Shown here piece by piece: positions 50,212 through 57,773 of a stretch of DNA of 64,000 bases. The notes under the pieces are model-generated. The model had not been told where the DNA came from and did not search any database. It saw only the letters and a list, made by a program, of their open reading frames with translations. The DNA comes from a virus (taxonomy: Duplodnaviria; Caudoviricetes): the IMG/VR virus record IMGVR_UViG_3300022552_000005, positions 1 to 64,000 of that record. The stretch is one strand, 5' to 3'. The translations under genes were made by a program, and so were the position numbers. How positions within the stretch are numbered: the first letter of the stretch is position 1; each line of letters starts with the position of its first letter.

Positions 50212-51426
50212 TTACGGGTTCTTAGCCTGCCTGGTGGCTGTGTGAGTTACGGTAAAGGCATTGCTGTTAGTATATTCAAAAGTGCATTCAACAGAATCGC
50301 CACCCGTGGTGAAATCACCCAAACTAACGCTGCTGAGCTTATTCTTGGTGCCAAGATCAATGGTCAAGCCGCCCAGCGTGCGTAGAATAATCTGCTGGTT
50401 GGTCAAATTGCTCTGATTGGCAAGAGCATTAACCTTATCGCCCTCAGACGTAATAACCGTGAAAGTGGTAGTTACAGTAAGTGGGAAACTGACCGCCCAG
50501 TAGTATGGATCACGACTACCGAGCTCGTAAATCTCTTCACGCCCGATATCAACGCTGACCTCAATGCTCTGAATGTGGTCATCGCTGCTAATATCGGTCG
50601 GAAGAACTGAATTCGCCCGGTCAAAGTCCTCACTCCGCTGAACGCCCGAACCAACAACAGTAGCGTCATAAGCCTCGGAAGTCGGGAAATAACCAGACGG
50701 TACCACTGAAGAAGTTGCGCTTACCCACAGCTTGTTATTACCAACGAGCGTCACAGACTCACGAGCGTTCTCGGTAGCAGAAAAGCTATAAGAAACAGCG
50801 CTCACATAAAGACCACTACAAATCACCACAGAATCCGGCGTTCCACGAGCAGAATCTTGGGTATCCGGATAGATATTAACTGCAACATCAACTTTATAAT
50901 CGGCAGTTTTACCTTTCAGATCAGTATAGCGCGGATCGCCCACCATCAGCCAAAGTGGCATAGTTCCGTCAAGTACGCGCTCCATCGTAACTTCAATATT
51001 AGGAAGGGTCTCAATGTTTTCGTATGAGCCGAGCTGACCAATCTGGAAAATATCCTCGGTATTGAAAGCGGTACTAATCGAGCAGGTCTGCATGCCCATA
51101 GGAACGTACCAACCGTTTAGATCAGCCGCCGCTCCACTGGCATGCGTCGCCGCCGTAGTCCCGCGATCACCGCGAGTTAGCCCGCCCACTGTGTACTGAT
51201 CAAGAAAAGTAGTAAAATAAATATACTCATCGCCAACCCGGAACTGATGAGGCACCGGCCAAACACCACTGACTACCTCGTTAAAACGAATTTCACCGTC
51301 GGTAGCACTAATACCGGACGCCAGCGTAAGTTGCGGATACCAATTTTCAATGACCGTGGTGGGGCGCTTTTTAGTGTCCTTAATGGACACCTGCGCGGTC
51401 GCGTATGTAATTCGATTATTAGCCAT
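50212..51426 (-). CDS. Major tail tube protein with inserted accessory domain
   Basis: Strong SD GGAGGTGAT, high-expression codon bias and own terminator; MANNRITYA...EDIFQIGQLGSYENIE.LPNIEVTMERVLDG, EEIYELGSRDPYY..VSFP..VT; position between terminator protein and chaperones/TMP. Confidence 0.8.
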   Translation of the reverse strand: MANNRITYATAQVSIKDTKKRPTTVIENWYPQLTLASGISATDGEIRFNEVVSGVWPVPHQFRVGDEYIYFTTFLDQYTVGGLTRGDRGTTAATHASGAAADLNGWYVPMGMQTCSISTAFNTEDIFQIGQLGSYENIETLPNIEVTMERVLDGTMPLWLMVGDPRYTDLKGKTADYKVDVAVNIYPDTQDSARGTPDSVVICSGLYVSAVSYSFSATENARESVTLVGNNKLWVSATSSVVPSGYFPTSEAYDATVVGSGVQRSEDFDRANSVLPTDISSDDHIQSIEVSVDIGREEIYELGSRDPYYWAVSFPLTVTTTFTVITSEGDKVNALANQSNLTNQQIILRTLGGLTIDLGTKNKLSSVSLGDFTTGGDSVECTFEYTNSNAFTVTHTATRQAKNP

Positions 51427-51479
51427 TCATCACCTCCAACTATATTATCTTCGCGCGTGAGATAAGGCTTCACATAAGT

Positions 51480-51490
51480 TAATACGTTTT
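51480..51490 (-). promoter_or_regulatory. Candidate late-promoter motif AAAACGTATTA upstream of the tail tube
   Basis: The same motif occurs in intergenic gaps at 22904-22914 and 60031-60039. Confidence 0.4.
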
Positions 51491-51493
51491 TGT

Positions 51494-52366
51494 TTAATCC
51501 CGCAAATATACGCTCAACTGAGCATCAATACGACCTCTATAAATATTATTTAATAAATCTCGCTCCCGGATAACTAATTCATCGATATATATATTAGTCC
51601 AAAAATGGTCACTCTGTAACTGGGTGTAATTTTTATAAGTAGAGGAATAATCGCCCTCAAATGTCATAATTTCAGGAACTGAATTATAATCCACTGCTTT
51701 AATAACTTCCCTGGCTTGCCCAAAAATAACGTCTATAATCGCGTCTCTCTCGTAATCGCGAGCAGCAAAAACGAAAAACGAAATATATTCCTTAATAATC
51801 TTACCACCGCCAATCTGGCGCGGGAAATGGTTTCTCGTGGTTGGTTCAATAATAACAACCGGCAAAATGCGTTCCAGTCCAGATGGATAAATAATACTCT
51901 CGCTACTGCTATATGGCGCATTAGTTAAAAACCTACTCATTAATATATTAAAAGTATGTGAATCAACAAAATCAACCTTAACATCTTTATAACTATATTC
52001 TGCCTCAACTGTAGCATCTTGAGGCGGTGGATTTCTAAAAATATAACGCCCCCTCAGGTAGTCGGGAGAAGGGTAATAGGGATGCGAATTGTTAGCATGG
52101 AATGAACCATTGATCCATACGCCGCTGACGGGGAGTATAGGAGAGGGGAACCCCGAGGGGGCGCTTATGTCCGTCTCATAAACCCATTCATTTGCTATAG
52201 ATTCATAATAAATTCCTTCTACCCTACGAAGATTTGCCAACGATGTTTCGTCATAGAAATCGATATTACGAGTTACATTAGTATAAAAGCCATTATCTAA
52301 AAATAATTTTTCACAATATTGCTTCAGATTATAACGAATATTTGATGTAAATCCAATGCCAATCAT
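51494..52366 (-). CDS. Putative tail terminator / completion protein
   Basis: Immediately upstream of the tube; LPVVIIE...PRQIGGG...FFVFA...RDAIIDVI pattern typical of terminator-like folds. Confidence 0.55.
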   Translation of the reverse strand: MIGIGFTSNIRYNLKQYCEKLFLDNGFYTNVTRNIDFYDETSLANLRRVEGIYYESIANEWVYETDISAPSGFPSPILPVSGVWINGSFHANNSHPYYPSPDYLRGRYIFRNPPPQDATVEAEYSYKDVKVDFVDSHTFNILMSRFLTNAPYSSSESIIYPSGLERILPVVIIEPTTRNHFPRQIGGGKIIKEYISFFVFAARDYERDAIIDVIFGQAREVIKAVDYNSVPEIMTFEGDYSSTYKNYTQLQSDHFWTNIYIDELVIRERDLLNNIYRGRIDAQLSVYLRD

Positions 52367-52369
52367 ATT

Positions 52370-53053
52370 TTATCCGATAAATTTAACTCTTAACCAACGC
52401 CGTTGTGCAGGCGGGAGAATTCCCTTTGCCTCCTCAAATTTCATACGGAAAACATAAGTGGGGGGAAAAATAAAATTGCTCGTTTTACTCTTAGTCATAA
52501 TACCATAACCACTTCGACTATAAGCCAATCCATGACGAACATAAACATAATGAAAAACATCAAAGCCATATTCTATCAAACTAACCCAAGAAACTTTTTT
52601 CCGTCCATCGTGATAAACTGCGAATTGTGATTCAGCAAACTTATTAAAATCAAAAACCAATAACCCGCGGTAACCGCGTTTTGTTTTATTCCAAGTAAGC
52701 TGTACAAATCCAGAATTTATAGTAATCGCTTTGATAAGATTATCAACCAAATGAATGTCAGGCAAACCAATTGCGCCTAAAAGCGGCGTACTATAAACAT
52801 TCGCAGCCGAATAACCAGTTTTAGCACTGCCAGGCGCAGGAATATGCAAATTGCGAATAATCGCCGAATGCTCAAGTAATTTCCGATAAACCATTAAGAA
52901 TTTGGAAGCGATACTCCGAATTCTGTTAATCTGCTGTAAAACATCTGTGCGTTTAATCCGCTTTGGTTTATAACTTTCAAGAATTTTAGTTAAAGTATCT
53001 TTGAATGCCTTATCTAAAATCGTGTCGCCATCTTTAGTAAAAACTGGCTGCAT
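52370..53053 (-). CDS. Putative neck / tail-completion protein
   Basis: Basic protein in the head-closure - neck - terminator slot; positional inference. Confidence 0.4.
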   Translation of the reverse strand: MQPVFTKDGDTILDKAFKDTLTKILESYKPKRIKRTDVLQQINRIRSIASKFLMVYRKLLEHSAIIRNLHIPAPGSAKTGYSAANVYSTPLLGAIGLPDIHLVDNLIKAITINSGFVQLTWNKTKRGYRGLLVFDFNKFAESQFAVYHDGRKKVSWVSLIEYGFDVFHYVYVRHGLAYSRSGYGIMTKSKTSNFIFPPTYVFRMKFEEAKGILPPAQRRWLRVKFIG

Positions 53054-53054
53054 T

Positions 53055-53600
53055 TTACGTTACTCGCTTCCAAAATACATTGATAAATTTCAAATCTTCC
53101 GGGTTATTACCTAGTCCAATTTTTACAGGTTCGCTCAAACGCTCGTAATCAAGCCCATCTATCGTCGCACGAATGCAATTATTAACATCGTCCCATGCTT
53201 CAACCAAAAACTTAGTCAAAACTACATTCTCAGGAGAAACGCCATAAAATTCGTAATCATAATCTCTTGGACGCTTGACAATAGTCGCATGCCAGGTGCT
53301 TTGGCGAGGAATATGGATTATATGTGTCCCACGGCAAACAGGACAGCGTTGTCCATCGGCAAATGGTACATTATACGGCGGACCAGAAAATGGATTAGAG
53401 CTATTATATTTGTAAAGCCCCCTTCCGCCAACTGACAGATATTTACAATTTGGACAACCGCTTTCTATTGGTGGCAAATGCAACGTTACTTCGCGCCCAA
53501 GATCGCTGATGAGCTGAGAAATTGCGTCTGCATAAAGTTCTTTTAAATTATTGGTTAAATATTTGCCAGGATCAGGGAGAATACTATCATCTCGCGCCAT
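53055..53600 (-). CDS. Putative head-closure (stopper) protein with two CxxC motifs
   Basis: Position after the adaptor; CPNC...CPVC; C-terminal LDYERLSEPVKIGLG...FINVFWKR. Confidence 0.5.
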   Translation of the reverse strand: MARDDSILPDPGKYLTNNLKELYADAISQLISDLGREVTLHLPPIESGCPNCKYLSVGGRGLYKYNSSNPFSGPPYNVPFADGQRCPVCRGTHIIHIPRQSTWHATIVKRPRDYDYEFYGVSPENVVLTKFLVEAWDDVNNCIRATIDGLDYERLSEPVKIGLGNNPEDLKFINVFWKRVT

Positions 53601-53601
53601 T

Positions 53602-54117
53602 TTAATATCTATCTACATCAAAACCGCTGCGAAAATTCTGTGTACTATTATCAGGATCTTCGTCATTCCAATATTCTTTTTGATCTTCATACCAAATTAA
53701 TGCACCATAATCCGAAACATTGCTTTCTGCTAAAGTTTTTTTGTAATCCTCTAAGGCTTTTTCTAATTCGCCACAAACAGATTCAACATTATCATCATAA
53801 CCACCAAATGATGCTGTAGTGTCAACTTCGTCAGTCCCACTACGAATCCGAATACCGCGACTAACAGCTTCAAAACGCAACTTCTTAGCTATTAAACATT
53901 CTGCCTGCAAAATTATCAAATCTAACAAAGCTTCGCCATCATCAACATTAATATTATCATTATCATTTTCTACAAGTTTATTACTGCCAGTTAAGTTTAA
54001 TTTTCTATTAAGTCTCACAATTGCCTTATGAACAAAGCTGCGAATATCGTCCCTGGTCAGATTAACCGAACCAACGTCAGTTAAAATATAATCGATAATT
54101 TTATCAGTCGGAACCAT
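53602..54117 (-). CDS. Putative head-tail adaptor
   Basis: Helical N-terminus, IRIRSG..EVDT hairpin, first gene of the neck block; positional inference. Confidence 0.45.
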   Translation of the reverse strand: MVPTDKIIDYILTDVGSVNLTRDDIRSFVHKAIVRLNRKLNLTGSNKLVENDNDNINVDDGEALLDLIILQAECLIAKKLRFEAVSRGIRIRSGTDEVDTTASFGGYDDNVESVCGELEKALEDYKKTLAESNVSDYGALIWYEDQKEYWNDEDPDNSTQNFRSGFDVDRY

Positions 54118-54122
54118 GGTTT

Positions 54123-56699
54123 TTACCTTATAAACACTCCCTTATAAAAACCACTGCTAGAAACAAAAACACGTAATGTGTTTTCATCAATAGCTTCTAA
54201 AGAATCAAAACTAACACTCTTATCAGTTTCACTATTATATAACTGCACCATTACATATTTGTGTCCAAGATTGTGTGTTACATCAGTATAATATAACGAG
54301 CCAGATGGCTGCCAACTATTAAGGGTTGCCTCAACAACATTTGCTGCATTTTGAGCTACGGAATAAACAGCGCTATCTAATATCGACAACCCAGAAGCTA
54401 AACCAATTCCATCATTCAAATAATTATGCGATAAATAAGTTGGCGTATAGTGCCTACTTACTTCACCAGATGCCGTCAAACCAACGTAGGTCCGGAGCTG
54501 ACTAATCTTACTCGCATTAACAATAGCACGTCGCCGAGCTTCATTTCCAATCTGATAAGCAAGATCGCTACGACTTAAGAAAAGATCATCGAGAGACCAG
54601 GCATAAATACGAGAATAACCATCGTTATGACGATAACATAAATAAATATTCTTATTATTAAGTATCATTGTGTTGCGATAATCACTAGCTGTATCTGCTG
54701 GCGGTGTAGTATTATATGTATAAAAATCAGACATTGTATTTACATTGAAAGTATAAAAACCACAAGTAGAGGTGTTAATCTTATGCATCATCACAAAAGC
54801 TCGTTCATTCTCAATCAACATGTTTTGTAATGGATAAGTTCCCCATGCATAATAAAGCTGCGTTTTGTGTCCAGTATTCAAATCATAACACCAAATATAA
54901 TCACTATGCTGATAATACAATGTATCATTATAAACCGTAAGAGGCCAGACCCAAGTATCATTAATTGTAATTGTTTCAACGCGCGAACCATCCCACCGAG
55001 AAACTAGCATACTACCACGCAAACCATATAAATAACTACCGTCTACACAAATCTTAAAACCAACATCAGAAGTAGCAAAATTATCAGCAACCTTTTCAAC
55101 TGTTAACTGTCCACTCGGCGAATTCTCATTAATAATCCATAATGTACCATTATTATCCAATCCACACCAATAACCATTCCAATCGAGCATGCGAACGAAA
55201 TAATCTCCGCCGAGAGGCAGTTCGCTAATATCTGTCCAATCTAAATCATAACGGCAGATATAAGCCTTTGTCCCATCACTACTTCTAATACAAGCATATA
55301 GCGAATTATTTACTGATGCGAGAGATGTAACTGAACCACTAGCAGCTGACGGCGAACGAATAACATCAAAAACAGGATCGCCAACCCCGCGCTTTGTTGG
55401 TAGGGTCTTCCCAGATAAATCAAGACGATAAACAACACCTGACTGATCTGCTCCAGCAAATAGCTCATTAGCATGTTCCGTTAAACAGCTAATTTGTCCA
55501 GCATAATCAATTTCTGCAACCAACGTTCCAGCATCAAAGCCAGGCGCACGCGAATTATCATTAATTGTACTAAAGTAAAATGCATTCTTGCTTAATGATT
55601 CATCCTCAATATAAGCTTTCACCAAAAAGTTATCTAACGACCAAATTTTAATCACATTACCATTAAAAACACGAGCAACATATTTTCCATTTGACCGCGC
55701 GTAACCATCCAACCATTCACTAAATGGATAAATATAACCAACATCTTCAAACTGGTGAGTATAAGCATTAAACTTATAATTTTTATAATATATAGATCTA
55801 CCAATCTTATGTACAACAAAAGAGGAAAGATTAGTTTTCTTCGATTCTACATGTCCATTATATTTAACAACAGTAATAACAGAATGTTCGATACCACTGT
55901 CGGGATCACGTAATTTATTCCAATAATAGAAATCACCATTATGCAGCCAGTTTTCTGCCCAATAGCTGGTAAGATCGGTAGCATTTACAAAACCACTTGG
56001 CGCAGTTGTAACTAGTGTATCGCCATACTGGAAAATATCCTGAAATAGAACTCTGATAACATTATTTCTACCAAAATATAATTTATTATCACCCGGATCA
56101 ATCGGACGCGATGGACGAATTCCACCACCGGCGTTGGTAAATGACCAATTTATACCATCATGACTATATGCATCTGAACGTCCGCCATCGTGACAAATTG
56201 CACCAATCATTGCATCGGTGGCAATAAGCATTTCGGGCTTACTATAAATATCTAATTCGCAAGCTTTTGTCCATCCGCTACCAGAGACATATTTAGCTAC
56301 ACCACCATTACCATTAGGAATTCCCCAACCCGATCCATAAAACAAGACATACAAATCACCGCGAAAGCGACAGGCAACATTAAACTTATTACCAGCCTCG
56401 ACACTAGCAGCTGCGCCAGCCCCGGGTAATCCAATGCTTTTAATTCCATATTCTTCAGCATCACCCAAATATTCGGTTTCACCGCTATCAATATTAACTA
56501 AATAAACATAACGCCAACCACTAATAGCAATAATCTCATTGTCAAACAAGCTAATTTCCCAATCGCCTTCAGGTAAAGTTATTTCACGAACACCGCTTAC
56601 CGAAAATGGAGCAATATTCACAACATCAGATAATGTTGCCAGACCATGTTCATCATACTGTGGGCGTCGTTCAAAATCATATGAACCACGTATATACAT
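54123..56699 (-). CDS. Virion fibre/appendage protein with beta-propeller repeats and C-terminal HNLG-type domain
   Basis: Blades FDNEII, FRGDLYV, HANELFAG, VNNSLYA, YNDTLYY; C-terminal module shared with 57774..59984; 16 SG. Confidence 0.55.
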   Translation of the reverse strand: MYIRGSYDFERRPQYDEHGLATLSDVVNIAPFSVSGVREITLPEGDWEISLFDNEIIAISGWRYVYLVNIDSGETEYLGDAEEYGIKSIGLPGAGAAASVEAGNKFNVACRFRGDLYVLFYGSGWGIPNGNGGVAKYVSGSGWTKACELDIYSKPEMLIATDAMIGAICHDGGRSDAYSHDGINWSFTNAGGGIRPSRPIDPGDNKLYFGRNNVIRVLFQDIFQYGDTLVTTAPSGFVNATDLTSYWAENWLHNGDFYYWNKLRDPDSGIEHSVITVVKYNGHVESKKTNLSSFVVHKIGRSIYYKNYKFNAYTHQFEDVGYIYPFSEWLDGYARSNGKYVARVFNGNVIKIWSLDNFLVKAYIEDESLSKNAFYFSTINDNSRAPGFDAGTLVAEIDYAGQISCLTEHANELFAGADQSGVVYRLDLSGKTLPTKRGVGDPVFDVIRSPSAASGSVTSLASVNNSLYACIRSSDGTKAYICRYDLDWTDISELPLGGDYFVRMLDWNGYWCGLDNNGTLWIINENSPSGQLTVEKVADNFATSDVGFKICVDGSYLYGLRGSMLVSRWDGSRVETITINDTWVWPLTVYNDTLYYQHSDYIWCYDLNTGHKTQLYYAWGTYPLQNMLIENERAFVMMHKINTSTCGFYTFNVNTMSDFYTYNTTPPADTASDYRNTMILNNKNIYLCYRHNDGYSRIYAWSLDDLFLSRSDLAYQIGNEARRRAIVNASKISQLRTYVGLTASGEVSRHYTPTYLSHNYLNDGIGLASGLSILDSAVYSVAQNAANVVEATLNSWQPSGSLYYTDVTHNLGHKYVMVQLYNSETDKSVSFDSLEAIDENTLRVFVSSSGFYKGVFIR

Positions 56700-56701
56700 T
56701 A

Positions 56702-57769
56702 TTACCTCCTAATGATTATTTGCCGAGCAAAAATAACCCCGCGTCGTTCAAGTGAATAATTACACAATTGATCATTAAGAGCATTATTGGTAGTATAAAA
56801 ATACTCAGGACTACGAGCCACATTAGATATACGCAATTCCTCAAGATATCCATCTGTTTTTCCATGATAACCATCGTCGTCAAGTAATTCACCAACAGTT
56901 AAACCATTGCTATTTAATACAGTATTCCAAGAAACAGACTTACTGCCAACATACTGACCATTAACATATAGTTTAACAGTATTCGATTCCAATGTAAATG
57001 CCACATAATACCATTGATTCAAAGAACGCACAATAGGATCAAGATAATCATCCGTCCAGCCTAATACAATAAAACCTTTTGTAGAATCAATTGCATATTC
57101 CAACGCTGATGTTTGTGAATTAGCCTGCGGTGTTCCATAACCACAAATACATTGCCATTGTGAAGTATAAGCTACCGGGTAAAATTTAGCCTCAATTGTA
57201 CGCGCATTTCCGCCAGTTGGCAAATTATTAGGAGACGAACATTGTAAATAATCAGCGTTCGTACCAATAAATCTAACTGCTTTACTCAGAAAACCATATG
57301 TCCTAACCGGACTACCAACAAATGATAGATTATTATTTCCTTTTGTATCGATATAGTTACCACTATCATCATTAAAATGCCAAATACTCACATAATTACT
57401 ATCCCATGCATTACTGTTATGCATACTAACATTAGAATTAATAATATTTGAATCATAATAAATATAAAGTACGGTATTAGCTGAATCAGACAATGAAAGC
57501 GACGAATGTGTAACCCATAGTAACCCACTTTGACCAGCATTATCCCAATAATCTACCTCAACATTCGCCTGTGTAACACCATCAGATAAAGTAACGACAA
57601 TGCCAGAATAATGAATTCCCAATTCATTAAACAAAAACGATAAATCATAATCATTAAGACCAGCATTATTACGAATATACAAAGGAACAGAAAATTGGCT
57701 TAAAGTTCCACTAACCTGAGTCGGCGGTATAACAACCTCAATCCGTTCAGAATATCCAGCCAACCACAT
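56702..57769 (-). CDS. DUF2341 + LamG/concanavalin-like domain protein
   Basis: MWLAGYSERIEV...SDGVTQANVEVDYWD...LLWV...LYIYYD (DUF2341-like); IWHFND, RTIEAKF, QWYYVAFT...LYVNG, LEELRISNVARS (LamG). Confidence 0.75.
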   Translation of the reverse strand: MWLAGYSERIEVVIPPTQVSGTLSQFSVPLYIRNNAGLNDYDLSFLFNELGIHYSGIVVTLSDGVTQANVEVDYWDNAGQSGLLWVTHSSLSLSDSANTVLYIYYDSNIINSNVSMHNSNAWDSNYVSIWHFNDDSGNYIDTKGNNNLSFVGSPVRTYGFLSKAVRFIGTNADYLQCSSPNNLPTGGNARTIEAKFYPVAYTSQWQCICGYGTPQANSQTSALEYAIDSTKGFIVLGWTDDYLDPIVRSLNQWYYVAFTLESNTVKLYVNGQYVGSKSVSWNTVLNSNGLTVGELLDDDGYHGKTDGYLEELRISNVARSPEYFYTTNNALNDQLCNYSLERRGVIFARQIIIRR

Positions 57770-57773
57770 TATT

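Noticed and set aside
51445-51465. TTATCT-N9-AGATAA inverted repeat upstream of the tail tube
   Set aside because: AT-rich 6-7 bp stem without a U-tract; too weak to call a terminator or operator.
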